This document shows, one piece after another, positions 1 through 10,044 of a DNA stretch of 64,000 nt. A model generated the notes under the pieces. It saw only the letters and a program-made list of their open reading frames with translations. It did not search any database and had not been told where the DNA came from. This DNA is from a virus. The position numbers and the translations under genes are program-made. Within the stretch, counting starts at the first letter, position 1; every line of letters starts with the position of its first letter. Where the stretch lies: the IMG/VR virus record IMGVR_UViG_3300020166_000010, one strand, 5' to 3'.

Positions 1-87
1 TTCTTCGATAGGGAGATTTGAATAAAATTCAAACTCGACCCCTACCAGTGCGTTTTTTAGTATTTCTGAATCATTAAATGTGTTCAT
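1..87 (-). CDS. 5' end of a putative amidoligase (COOH-NH2 ligase type 2-like); runs off the window
   Basis: Hand-translated MNTFNDSEILKNALVGVEFEFYSNLPIEE. GVEFEF is the typical N-terminal motif of phage amidoligases, but only 29 codons are visible. Confidence 0.45.
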   Translation of the reverse strand, partial: MNTFNDSEILKNALVGVEFEFYSNLPIEE

Positions 88-151
88 CCTCGAATATATG
101 TTAAACTTAAGTTAGTTTATATATTCAAGATATATTATGATAATATTGAAA

Positions 152-376
152 CTATCTTTCTAGAATTATAAAATCACCAAATGCATCATCAAAAACCCTG
201 ATTAAATTCTCGTAATCTCCGCTTTGCATTTGCTTAAGTAACTGTTCATATGGTTTATCTAAGTCTTGTGAAAACTTTTTAGCATACGCAAGTAGTGCAA
301 GTGCATTGCCATCGGGCCCTGTTAAATCTATAACAATTGGTAAATCTTGATGCTTATGTAGTTTCTTTCTAATCAT
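152..376 (-). CDS. conserved phage hypothetical protein
   Basis: IDLTGPDGNA motif seen in T4-like phage small proteins; start moved to ATG at 376, which overlaps the upstream stop. Confidence 0.7.
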   Translation of the reverse strand: MIRKKLHKHQDLPIVIDLTGPDGNALALLAYAKKFSQDLDKPYEQLLKQMQSGDYENLIRVFDDAFGDFIILER

Positions 377-716
377 TTTCAAGTATGTTAGATATTTCAA
401 TAAAATCAGAAATCTCCTTTTTTGTTATATTATTTATCAATGGGAATAATTCATTAATATCGTCTCGGCCTACCCATCCGATAACATCGTCATTAATTCC
501 TGGTTTTACCAATTTAGTAAAGAAAGGTATATTATCTTCATGCAATATTGCAATCTCAAAAGAAGAATGTTCTTTTTCAGAATTTAAATCTTCTCTTGGC
601 GTACAGTATGCTGATTTACCAGCGGCAACACTCAATATTAATCCGTTATCGAAATGATGAGTTGCGTTTATTCCTCCCCATCCTAATTTTTTAAATTTTA
701 ATTCTTTAAATTTCAT
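369..716 (-). CDS. hypothetical protein
   Basis: 115-aa ORF in a tight operon behind an early promoter. Confidence 0.7.
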   Translation of the reverse strand: MKFKELKFKKLGWGGINATHHFDNGLILSVAAGKSAYCTPREDLNSEKEHSSFEIAILHEDNIPFFTKLVKPGINDDVIGWVGRDDINELFPLINNITKKEISDFIEISNILEND

Positions 717-727
717 GTTTTTATTTT

Positions 728-949
728 TTAAAGTTCAAAGTTTTCTTGAAGTTCTTTAATTAACTTTTGAATCTCTTTTTTATTAAGAGTAATGTGTGTA
801 AAGAAATCTCCTTGATCTCTCATTGTAAATTGTACTTTCATACCTTCTTTACCTCCACTGAATCTAGTTAGTGACATTTCAGTGTTTTCCATTTCATTTG
901 TCTTTTGATTGTGGAATTGACCTTTAAGTGATTTTAATTCGGTTGACAT
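728..949 (-). CDS. hypothetical early protein
   Basis: ORF with start reassigned to MSTELK, because the longer start lies inside the promoter. Confidence 0.7.
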   Translation of the reverse strand: MSTELKSLKGQFHNQKTNEMENTEMSLTRFSGGKEGMKVQFTMRDQGDFFTHITLNKKEIQKLIKELQENFEL

Positions 950-961
950 ATCTATTAGCTT

Positions 962-1045
962 TTTAATTATATATAAATATAACACTTTTTATTGATATAA
1001 AAAAACTTTTATACATTTATTTTGTAATTTATAATGATTATAAAT
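962..1045 (-). promoter_or_regulatory. early-type promoter with 19-bp palindromic operator
   Basis: TATATTTA box (974-981) and ATTTATAAT-N-ATTATAAAT (1027-1045), 45 bp apart; the element recurs at many sites in the window. Confidence 0.75.
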
Positions 1046-1048
1046 AAG

Positions 1049-1079
1049 AAAGGCCCAAACATAAAATGAATGGGCCTTT
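1049..1079 (-). terminator. intrinsic terminator downstream of rpsA
   Basis: AAAGGCCCA / TGGGCCTTT inverted repeat. Confidence 0.6.
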
Positions 1080-1101
1080 AGTTTATAAAAATAAAGTAGT
1101 C

Positions 1102-2370
1102 TTAGATTTTCAAGAAAATCTTTCTAGAGTCTGCATCGATTCTAGTAACCTGTACTGTAATATTATCTCCAGGTTTAATAGTTTCTAAATCTATAACATC
1201 TTCAATTTCTGAAATATGTAATAGTCCAGCAACTCCTTTTTCGATGTCTACGAAGATACCGTAGTCTTTTACTGCTCGAACTGTTCCAACAATTTCACTT
1301 GGTGTTTTGATTCTATCAGTAATACCATCCCATAAGTCAACAACTGGTTTTGCATCTAACTGTGTTAGGATAATCTTTTCGTTCGATACAACTTCTTTAA
1401 TCTTAAATGCGATATCATCTCCAGGTTTAATTTCCCTAGCTCTATGTGCTTTTAATAATTCAGGAGTTAGATCATTAACGTGAATCATTCCAGTTAAACA
1501 TTCATCAAACTCTACAAATACTCCGTATTTTGCAGAACCTGTAACTTTACCTGTAAGATCTTGTGTTAGATTTTCCTTCAGTGCTTCGATTTTAGAAGGA
1601 ATCATTGCTTTTAAATATTCTCTGTGAGATACTACAATAGTTCCTCTTTTTTCTGAGAAACTTACAGGAACAACATACATATTGCCTCCTACAATAGATT
1701 CAAAGTCTGCTAATTTGTTAATTCCAGCTAAAGAACCTGGCATAAAACATTCAACCCCCTGTACGGTTACAATATAACCTCCTCCTGGTATCATTTGAGA
1801 AACTGTACCCATATATCCGGTTGCACCGTCTTTAATAGATTCCATTATTTCCTTAACAACCGCTGATTTAATACCTGCACTGATAGATCCTAATACGAAT
1901 CCTCGACCTCCGCCCATTTGAAGAACTTGAATCTTAACCTCAGCATCTGGAACAAATAATCCCCTAACGCTAATTTCTTCTTTTAAGACATTAACATATA
2001 CATTTTCTCGATATCCGATATCAACCGCAACCCACTCTTCGTTTATACTATAAATAGTACCCGAATAGATTTCACCAACCTCAACTTTCATCTGAGCTGG
2101 TTTAGCCTCTTCATATCCGTTAAAAAGATCTAAAAGATCTTGTGCATACGGCTCATGAGAATATACGTTATAATTACCTGTGTTTTTAAGTCCTTTGTTT
2201 ATCTTTCTAGATCTTGAAGGACATGACGCTTGGTGAGCATCCCAGTCGAATTCTTCGAGTGGAACATTAGCATTTTCTAAGTATGCTAATTTGTCATTTT
2301 TTTTTGTTTCTTGAGCGACTGGTTCTTCTTTAGTTAGTCTTACTCTTTTTGTTTTAACGTCTGTAGACAT
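1102..2370 (-). CDS. rpsA: phage-encoded ribosomal protein bS1 (four S1 domains)
   Basis: Tandem S1 OB-fold motifs (YGVFVEF..GMIHVNDL; DYGIFVDI.KGVAGLLHISEI) and an N-terminal PLEEFDWDAH resembling the Bacteroidota bS1 N-terminus. Confidence 0.85.
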   Translation of the reverse strand: MSTDVKTKRVRLTKEEPVAQETKKNDKLAYLENANVPLEEFDWDAHQASCPSRSRKINKGLKNTGNYNVYSHEPYAQDLLDLFNGYEEAKPAQMKVEVGEIYSGTIYSINEEWVAVDIGYRENVYVNVLKEEISVRGLFVPDAEVKIQVLQMGGGRGFVLGSISAGIKSAVVKEIMESIKDGATGYMGTVSQMIPGGGYIVTVQGVECFMPGSLAGINKLADFESIVGGNMYVVPVSFSEKRGTIVVSHREYLKAMIPSKIEALKENLTQDLTGKVTGSAKYGVFVEFDECLTGMIHVNDLTPELLKAHRAREIKPGDDIAFKIKEVVSNEKIILTQLDAKPVVDLWDGITDRIKTPSEIVGTVRAVKDYGIFVDIEKGVAGLLHISEIEDVIDLETIKPGDNITVQVTRIDADSRKIFLKI

Positions 2371-2435
2371 TCTTTTTTTAATTTAAATTGTTAATAATAG
2401 TGAATAAATAATTTTATAGGTTATATATACTTTTT

Positions 2436-4286
2436 TTAAAATGAGAGTGGCATGAATCCTACCATAGGAATTGGACCACCTGGTGTTGCTATTCCACCTA
2501 AATATAAAAACTTTAATTTTAATAAGTGCTTTGCACATGCGCATGCAACTGCGGTTGCAACTAGAGTGGCAGCAACCGGAGTAGCCGGAGGAACTTCAAA
2601 AATCTTACCGCTGTTCCATGCTCTTCTTAAATCGTTTGCAAGTGATGTCTTGCTACCATAATATATTGGAGCAAACACCCCAAGTAACGGAGCGGTTATA
2701 TTACATGGTGGAATTGGCGGCCCACTTGTAAATGGCTGAGCTGCTGCTGATTGCCAGTATTTAATAATAGCACCTGCCATTATCTCATATGGATCCTCAC
2801 CATCTTCCTCTTGATCCTGCGAGTTTATCTCTTCCATGTAGTTGGCCCACTTCCTTTGAGTTTCCCACCATCTTTCTTGCTCTTTTTCATATAGTAAATC
2901 CTTTCCGCGTTTTCGCCATAATCGACCGGCTTGGCTAGTGTATGTGGCAACCGCTCCATCAATTGACGGAACGTACGTGAAGGCTTTAATTAAGCCTTGT
3001 TTTATTTCTTCTGGTATTTCTTCTGGCCTTTGCTTATGCTCTTCTTGAAAGACATATTGATTAATCTGATAATCCGCAGTAGACAGGGGCGGTATAATAA
3101 GTGTACTTGTTAAAGAATATTTATTACCTCCATCATTTATTACTTTATTTCTTTCTTCTTTTTCGGCATTTCTCCATGCTTTTTCTAAAGATTTTATTTT
3201 ATCGTATATCTTTCTAGAAAGACCCCTGTATCTGTATGGTATCTCTGTTCCATACTTTAGAAGCTCTACCCATAGCTTATATCCTGCTGAATTATCATTC
3301 CCTGTTAGAATTCTACTAACTAGAACATCTATTTTTTCTTCTTCAGTAAGATCTGGTATAGTATTTCTAATAGGCTTAGTAATATTCTCTGGATATCCTG
3401 CAGCGTCTCCTTGTAACTTTTCATCAATGCCACTTAGTTTCTCTAATACTCCACCATCACTTATAGTAATTGATTTAGTCTTATTTATTGTTTTGATTAA
3501 AGATTTACCGGACATATCTAGTATTTCTTTAAATGTATATGTATATTTACCAGGAACTGTGGGCACGTTGATTACAGCAAAGCCAGTGTTACCCCCAGCT
3601 CCACTACCTGAGCCTGATCCGCTGCCTGAACCCGATGATATCGAGCCAGATCCTACTGAACCTACTATTAGCGGAGATTGTTCAATTTCGTTTATTGTAT
3701 ATCTTATTTTAAAAGATTGTTCTGGATTAAATTTTTTAATTATAAATCGAACAACGTAATTATGGGATGGTGTATTTATATCTGAACTTGCTTTAGTAAC
3801 TACACTAAAATCTATATCTCCATCATTTGCGGTGTCATTCGGATCCTCCTCTGGATATGGGACCGGGCATGTTGATTCATATAGAGGATAGTAATTAAAC
3901 TTCTGAAGAGTGTCTGTATTCTCTGAAGTCCATTTTTCTATCTCGCACTGTGCGTCAAATGTTAGATCGGATTCTGGAAGTATTTCCGTAATAGACTGGT
4001 ACTGTGATAAAGTTTTTCTATCTTCAAGAGAGGTTTTATAATCTTCGAAAAGCTTTTTAAATGCCTTGTCAAATCCTTCCGCTAAAACTGGCTTTACACC
4101 AGCATTACTATGTGTATTTCCGAATGGTGTTTGTGCTGTTGATACTGCGGCAACATATTCATCTGCCAGAAACGAAGCAAAGTCTCCAATACCAGGAGCA
4201 TTAGGAGGTAATCCCATACTCTCTGCACTTCTTGCTGTTAGTTTTGCAGATACGTTATTAATAAATAAAGGCCATTTTGCCGGCAT
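2436..4286 (-). CDS. baseplate/tail-tip associated structural protein (putative)
   Basis: 616 aa, directly downstream of the gp5-like spike; has a Gly/Ser linker and a Pro/Gly-rich C-terminus. Confidence 0.55.
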   Translation of the reverse strand: MPAKWPLFINNVSAKLTARSAESMGLPPNAPGIGDFASFLADEYVAAVSTAQTPFGNTHSNAGVKPVLAEGFDKAFKKLFEDYKTSLEDRKTLSQYQSITEILPESDLTFDAQCEIEKWTSENTDTLQKFNYYPLYESTCPVPYPEEDPNDTANDGDIDFSVVTKASSDINTPSHNYVVRFIIKKFNPEQSFKIRYTINEIEQSPLIVGSVGSGSISSGSGSGSGSGSGAGGNTGFAVINVPTVPGKYTYTFKEILDMSGKSLIKTINKTKSITISDGGVLEKLSGIDEKLQGDAAGYPENITKPIRNTIPDLTEEEKIDVLVSRILTGNDNSAGYKLWVELLKYGTEIPYRYRGLSRKIYDKIKSLEKAWRNAEKEERNKVINDGGNKYSLTSTLIIPPLSTADYQINQYVFQEEHKQRPEEIPEEIKQGLIKAFTYVPSIDGAVATYTSQAGRLWRKRGKDLLYEKEQERWWETQRKWANYMEEINSQDQEEDGEDPYEIMAGAIIKYWQSAAAQPFTSGPPIPPCNITAPLLGVFAPIYYGSKTSLANDLRRAWNSGKIFEVPPATPVAATLVATAVACACAKHLLKLKFLYLGGIATPGGPIPMVGFMPLSF

Positions 4287-4314
4287 GATTGTATTGTTTT
4301 ATAGACTATATATC

Positions 4315-5037
4315 CTATTTACCAGTCTGTTGATAATCTACGTGCTTCGCTCTCAACGCGTCTACAAACATTGGTGTTGGAAACGCAGGTAGACCTGATG
4401 GACCGGTCCCTGTTGGATGCCAGTGTCTTTCATATTCATCAAGAAATTCATTTAACCATTTCTCTAAACTAACTCCACGAACAGCAGGCTCTGACTCATC
4501 AGCACCTTCTTCTCCCTTGTTTGATAAAAATATATCACCAGAATCTAGAAAGATTTTTTGGTCTGTTGATATTTTGATATACCCTTCCTCGTCGATTTGT
4601 ATAAGTGGTCGTTTTTTAGCGCCGCTTCCTCTTGTAATTACCAAACCATCTTTAGTTGATGAATATATTCTTATGTCTCTTTCGGCATCATATACTAAAC
4701 TAACAACATCATGTGCATTATCAGGATCTTGTTCTAAAACTTCTGATTTAAGATCTTTATTTTGGTTAATTTGAAACCAGTATTCAGGATGATATATGTT
4801 ACCATTGTCAAATCTAACCGCAACAATATCTCCAACTCTTGGAATTGAATGTGCTCCTGCATTATCTCTGTTCATTGGAGTTGCCCATGGAATTGATTCA
4901 TTTTCTAATAAATCAAACTTACCATAAACTTTAACTCGACATCTTCCTAAAAGAGAAGGATCTACATTATCAACCACCTCGCCTAGCCAGTGAGTTTCTC
5001 TAATATTATCTTTTTCTAGTTCCTTGTCTCTTGCCAT
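4315..5037 (-). CDS. baseplate central spike, gp5/gpV-like OB-fold
   Basis: WLGEVVDNVDP..LGRCRVKV..PWATP..PRVGDIVAVRFDNG OB-fold motif; C-terminal HWH..GPSG spike-tip motif. Confidence 0.85.
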   Translation of the reverse strand: MARDKELEKDNIRETHWLGEVVDNVDPSLLGRCRVKVYGKFDLLENESIPWATPMNRDNAGAHSIPRVGDIVAVRFDNGNIYHPEYWFQINQNKDLKSEVLEQDPDNAHDVVSLVYDAERDIRIYSSTKDGLVITRGSGAKKRPLIQIDEEGYIKISTDQKIFLDSGDIFLSNKGEEGADESEPAVRGVSLEKWLNEFLDEYERHWHPTGTGPSGLPAFPTPMFVDALRAKHVDYQQTGK

Positions 5038-6218
5038 TATTCGTGTATATTACCTAGAGATTTTGCAGCCGCTGAGTTTAGCGCATCTCCAATAGTCTGT
5101 CCTTGATCTACTAAACCATGTACGTTATCTGCAATAACGCTTTGTATATTATTTGCGTTTGCTGCAGGATTTGCGATGTTATCAACTCCTTTTACAAAAT
5201 CCTTATATAGATTATTAACAGCTGCATTAACTCGACCTACTGTCGCATCTTTAGCTTGCTGCTTTAATTCATTAACTTTTTGGATAGCTGTGTTTTTTAA
5301 ATCTCCAACTGCTCGATCAGCAAATGCTGTTGCTTTTTGAACAGCTTGATCTTTTAGCCAATCCCCTACACTATTAAGTTCTTTATTCTCCGAATCTGGC
5401 GATGGCGATAAATCATCAGTGTTGTAAACAGATTCTACAATACCATTTAATACCCTAGCTTCCATATCATATAATGCTTCATAGGTTATTGATATTTCTC
5501 CGGTTGCTACCTCTGGCGTTGCTTTTTGTAAATCTGCAAATATAGTTGTTCCAGATTTTAAATCAAATTCACAAAATTTAAGAGCAAACATAAAATAAGG
5601 TTTTCCACTAGTTCCTGAAATTCCGGAATTTGCATTATCTATACCTATTTTCGGTTTAAAATTATCTGGAAATCCTCCTAGATCAACTCCACTTAAAGTA
5701 GGTTTAGACATGTTTTTAATAGCCCTAACTTCAGTAACGTAAATATACATTCTGAATTTTCTTAAATTGGTTGGTAAAACCCACGTCCATTTTCTTTCAT
5801 CGAAAACAGCTTTTCTATATAAGTGCATTAAACCAGATATTGTCAGGTTAATAGACTCTAAAGTTCCTATAGTTATTACAGCATCATCTCCTCCAAAATA
5901 CGGGTTTAACGGATTATACTGTTGTATTTTTTCTAAACCAGATAAACTTTGCCAAAACCAAGGCATTTCATTATTAATAAGTTTTAAAGCTTTTTTAAAG
6001 TTTTGAAGTGCTTCTAATTTTTCTTTATAATACTCCGACGTTTCTCCTTCAGATGATAGTCTCTTTAAATAATCCTCAGCAGGGTCTGCTAATAGAGGCG
6101 AATTGGCAGCATCTGCAAAATCAAACAACATAAGAAACGACATATAAGTTGGATCTTGGTATTGTTGACTTGCTCTTTTACCTTTTCTAAAATCTGATAT
6201 TTTCTTGAAATCTGACAT
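5037..6218 (-). CDS. tail tube/baseplate protein (gp19/gp54-like, putative)
   Basis: Position in the baseplate module; beta-rich N-terminal part and helical C-terminal tail. Confidence 0.5.
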   Translation of the reverse strand: MSDFKKISDFRKGKRASQQYQDPTYMSFLMLFDFADAANSPLLADPAEDYLKRLSSEGETSEYYKEKLEALQNFKKALKLINNEMPWFWQSLSGLEKIQQYNPLNPYFGGDDAVITIGTLESINLTISGLMHLYRKAVFDERKWTWVLPTNLRKFRMYIYVTEVRAIKNMSKPTLSGVDLGGFPDNFKPKIGIDNANSGISGTSGKPYFMFALKFCEFDLKSGTTIFADLQKATPEVATGEISITYEALYDMEARVLNGIVESVYNTDDLSPSPDSENKELNSVGDWLKDQAVQKATAFADRAVGDLKNTAIQKVNELKQQAKDATVGRVNAAVNNLYKDFVKGVDNIANPAANANNIQSVIADNVHGLVDQGQTIGDALNSAAAKSLGNIHE

Positions 6219-6248
6219 ATAGTATATATTCTTATTAGTTTGTAGCTA

Positions 6249-7745
6249 TTAACCTTGTAAATTATTTAATCTACTTGGCCATTCTCTTCTTAAAAGAGTT
6301 AAGTGCTGTCTGATAGCCCCTCCCTTGTATGTGTATCTAATAGATCCTATAATATAAAATCCGCTTAAGAATTCATCTACTGCTTGTGCAGATCCGTTAG
6401 TTGGTAAATCAGGATCAGATTCTGGTTGTGCTTCAAAACCAAGTTCTTCTTTTGTGGTTTTTACCTGTGTATCAACTAAAACCTGCGAGTCTGTTTCGTG
6501 AAAAATAACAACAGGTATTTTTTGATATCTATATAATGCAGGATTCCATGTAGATAGCTCAATCTCAAGAGTCATTTTATCTAGTTCCTGTAGATTTTGC
6601 TGATTATGTATACCTGCAAAGTTGTAATTTAAGTGCGTATTCGAAGTCTCAGGGTCACTGTTCCTTCTACCTACATATTTATACTTTATTTCTTGTTTGT
6701 ATCTCTCCTCATCCCTACGTCCTTTCATGGGCTCGGCAATGTCCTTCATTTCATTTGAAGATAAAGGTTCAATATCGAAGTTTACTAATCCTTCATCAGA
6801 GTCGTTTTCAAAGTATTGCAATACTCTTTTGTAGCCATTTCTTTTTGCAATAGTACCTGCATTATTTTTAAGAGAATATTTATCAATATGTAAATTAGAT
6901 CCTTCAAGTTCTGACTTTGTGCTAAGTATTAAAGTGCTTGCCATCTCATTCGTTGTATTGCTAGCGTCCGGTCCTTTGGTATCGTTCATATCATCGTTCA
7001 TTGCTGCAACAGCATCTTCAAAATCATCCTCTGCATTTATCATTATATTTAAGTCGACATATGTCAGATAATAAAAAGGATCGATACAGTATGTTTGAAA
7101 AGAATCATCATTAACATATGAGTGTTTTACTAGATTTGTAATAGTATCTATAATAGGCTCGTATGTTGTTACACAATTCATTTCATCGTCAGTTGTATCA
7201 ACGTTAGAGGCAAATCCTATTTTTAAATCAGTAGCTATTTTTTCTAAGTGATCTATTGTTGTTCCTTTACCGTAAGATTTACACTGCTCTGCATTTATCC
7301 CTGGAATTTTCATCTCGCCGGCAAATGAATACTTAGCACCACCTGACCCTCTAGATATTACACTAACAGGTGGAGATTCTACGTTTGTAATGTCAAAATC
7401 TATTCTAATATCTTTGTAATCGTCTTTCGGTCTTGCTGATAGTCTTACTGTTATTACATCTCCGTCTCTTGGAAAAGAGTCTACATTAAATCTAGCATCA
7501 TTGTCAATTACAGTAAGTTCTATTGTTGGAACAAATTCGTCTAATGAAATCTCAAAAGACTTTATATCTGCTCGATTGAATTGATACCCATTAATAATAA
7601 TTAATGGAAATTCAACCCCAAGATCTCTAGTTATGTTCGCATCACCTGGATTATCACCCTCTTGCTCGCCAAACGAGTCAAAATTATGTTCATCTAGTTT
7701 TATTGTTGGTTCTAACCTTGTTAAAATTTTACCTTCTAATGCCAT
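6249..7745 (-). CDS. baseplate hub protein (gp27/VgrG-N-like)
   Basis: Size and position; C-terminal LSGFYIIGSIRYTY..QHLTLLRR is typical of contractile-tail hubs. Confidence 0.65.
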   Translation of the reverse strand: MALEGKILTRLEPTIKLDEHNFDSFGEQEGDNPGDANITRDLGVEFPLIIINGYQFNRADIKSFEISLDEFVPTIELTVIDNDARFNVDSFPRDGDVITVRLSARPKDDYKDIRIDFDITNVESPPVSVISRGSGGAKYSFAGEMKIPGINAEQCKSYGKGTTIDHLEKIATDLKIGFASNVDTTDDEMNCVTTYEPIIDTITNLVKHSYVNDDSFQTYCIDPFYYLTYVDLNIMINAEDDFEDAVAAMNDDMNDTKGPDASNTTNEMASTLILSTKSELEGSNLHIDKYSLKNNAGTIAKRNGYKRVLQYFENDSDEGLVNFDIEPLSSNEMKDIAEPMKGRRDEERYKQEIKYKYVGRRNSDPETSNTHLNYNFAGIHNQQNLQELDKMTLEIELSTWNPALYRYQKIPVVIFHETDSQVLVDTQVKTTKEELGFEAQPESDPDLPTNGSAQAVDEFLSGFYIIGSIRYTYKGGAIRQHLTLLRREWPSRLNNLQG

Positions 7746-7746
7746 T

Positions 7747-8238
7747 CTATAATATTATCACGTCTCCGTTAATGTCGATATTCTTGTCTCCGTCTTTTAG
7801 TATATTTGGCGGAACTATTTGTTTTGATCCATTTTGCTTTTGCGCAGCTTTTTTCTTTAGATACTCTGCTCTCTTAGCGTCCTTAACTGTTAATCTCTTA
7901 GAGTCAACAAACTGATCCCTTATTGATTTATCTTTTTGGCTTCCTATTCCTTTAATTGTTTTCCAGGCTTTTAGTATTGCGTCTTTATCTGGTATATTTA
8001 AAACATCGCCTTCAGTTATTGAAAAAGGATTAGATATATTATTAAATTTTAAAATAAGATCAGAGTAATCTGCAAGCCCGTAATACTTGATTGATATCAT
8101 ATCAATTCGGCATGTCTCATCTGCTGAAACTTCATGAACTGCCCTGATTTCAGCATTTTTAGGAAACAATATAGTTGGTTCGGTTATTCTTAACTTACCA
8201 TCCTTTATTTTTTTATTATTTATAGATTTTAAGTTCAT
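7747..8238 (-). CDS. baseplate wedge protein, gp53/LysM-like
   Basis: RIDMISIKYYG..ILKFNNISNPF..EGDVLNIP motif. Confidence 0.75.
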   Translation of the reverse strand: MNLKSINNKKIKDGKLRITEPTILFPKNAEIRAVHEVSADETCRIDMISIKYYGLADYSDLILKFNNISNPFSITEGDVLNIPDKDAILKAWKTIKGIGSQKDKSIRDQFVDSKRLTVKDAKRAEYLKKKAAQKQNGSKQIVPPNILKDGDKNIDINGDVIIL

Positions 8239-8239
8239 A

Positions 8240-9988
8240 TTATCCGTTTGAATGTTTTCTTAATTCTTTATCCTTTGGTGATTTTTGAGTTTTACCATAC
8301 GCATTAACATCAACTGTTGCGTTAATATCAATCTCATCCGCAGGTTGTATATAGAATCTACCTCTACCTGTGTTAAACATACTTTCAATTTCTGCTTTAT
8401 CTCTTGGTCTTGCTGGTTTTAATGTGATTTCAACAACCATTCTCTCTGGAAAATCTTGTAATCCCATAGGTCCTTCAAAATTAATTGAAGTATCTGTACA
8501 TGCTAAATTACCAATAACTACAATCGGGTTTAGTGGGTTACCAATGGTAACGTGCCACTGTCCAGTAGGATCACCAGATAATAGAGCAGCAACTGCTTGA
8601 CCACCTTGTGGAGAGTTAAACATTTTCATCATACTACCCGATAGTAAATTGTTAAGAGTATCACCAACCCCTTTCATTCCAAAATCTTTTATAGATTTTG
8701 TTATATCATCCATAGTAGATCCAGTATTGTTACCTGTAAAATCTGAAACTACAGATTTCATAAATCCTCCATAATCTCCATTTTTTAATAAATCGACATT
8801 ACCTAATGGTCTTGCAACAGATCCATCTCCAATATACCTAACATCTCCACCCCAGAAAGGTGCGTTATTATATGTTAAAGCTAACATGTTGGCCAATTGA
8901 TCTAACATTAATATTTTTGGATTTGCTCCTCCTAAATCTCTAAGTTCATATTCAAATTTTAGTTTAAATTCCTGATCAAACTTTAAACCTTGTTCTCTAA
9001 CTAATGTTTTCTTAATAACATTAAGCGGACCAAATACGTGATTAGGATATGTATTGCTAAATGAATCATAACCTGCACCGCCATTATCTAATCTTTCTTG
9101 TTGTGCCTGTGTTCTACCTGACGCCGCATTACTTGCAGCTTTAAGTACTTTGTTATTGTTAATTATAGCACCGACTTTACCTGAACTTGCATTGTTCTGT
9201 GACTGTACTGTTTGAACCTCTGCTTCTGCTTCTTTCCAATTAAACCCATGTGAAAATTTCATGATTTCCGCCATAGTATTTCCAGTTGTTTCGCTTAACC
9301 ATGTAACTGCTCTTGCGATATCAGGCTCTTGTGAGTTTGCTCCTGTTAATCCTAAAGGACTAATGATATCATCAGGCGCAGGGCCTGTGAATCTTCGTAG
9401 AGTTATCATCATATTGTTTGGAATTCTACCAAAGTATTTCGCCATGGCAAAATCTGAATATTGATATTTATATCCATTACTACCGCCAGCATCCGTTATT
9501 TCTATAATTCTGGAAGCGGTCGGGTTAATTAAAGTTCTTGGATCTATTTTGTTAAAAAACTTACTTTTATTTGAATCACCCTTACCTCCTTCTCCAAATA
9601 ATGGAGTACCTCTAAAATTAACTAATGAATATTTATTAAAAAGAGAATATGGTCTTTTACCTAAAGTTATGTTGGCGTTTCCTTCTCCATCTTTATGTTT
9701 ATATGAATCTACGTCTTGATTGTAAAAAACATCAACATTTCTAGAAGCTCTAGTTTCTTGTGTAATTGCATTAACGCTCGCTGCGATGTTTAAACTAGAA
9801 TCTTCTTCAATAGAAGATTTTAAAGAGTTTTCATTGTTCTTAGTTCTTAATTGAGCATTAACCCCATCAGGGTTTTCAATATCGAATAAGTCGTTAAGTT
9901 TATCTTTGAGTGTACTAACCCCTAATTCGCTCACTTGCGTGATTGCGTCACTTGAGTTATTTATACCTCCACTAATGTCTAAGCTCAT
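8240..9988 (-). CDS. baseplate/tail-tube initiator protein (gp48-like, putative)
   Basis: First gene of the baseplate operon; C-terminal beta-rich tube-like fold (WHVTIGNP..DFPERMVVEITLK). Confidence 0.5.
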   Translation of the reverse strand: MSLDISGGINNSSDAITQVSELGVSTLKDKLNDLFDIENPDGVNAQLRTKNNENSLKSSIEEDSSLNIAASVNAITQETRASRNVDVFYNQDVDSYKHKDGEGNANITLGKRPYSLFNKYSLVNFRGTPLFGEGGKGDSNKSKFFNKIDPRTLINPTASRIIEITDAGGSNGYKYQYSDFAMAKYFGRIPNNMMITLRRFTGPAPDDIISPLGLTGANSQEPDIARAVTWLSETTGNTMAEIMKFSHGFNWKEAEAEVQTVQSQNNASSGKVGAIINNNKVLKAASNAASGRTQAQQERLDNGGAGYDSFSNTYPNHVFGPLNVIKKTLVREQGLKFDQEFKLKFEYELRDLGGANPKILMLDQLANMLALTYNNAPFWGGDVRYIGDGSVARPLGNVDLLKNGDYGGFMKSVVSDFTGNNTGSTMDDITKSIKDFGMKGVGDTLNNLLSGSMMKMFNSPQGGQAVAALLSGDPTGQWHVTIGNPLNPIVVIGNLACTDTSINFEGPMGLQDFPERMVVEITLKPARPRDKAEIESMFNTGRGRFYIQPADEIDINATVDVNAYGKTQKSPKDKELRKHSNG

Positions 9989-10044
9989 ATATATTATTAC
10001 TATTGTTTTTATACGTAGTAAGTATATATATTAAGATTAATCTA

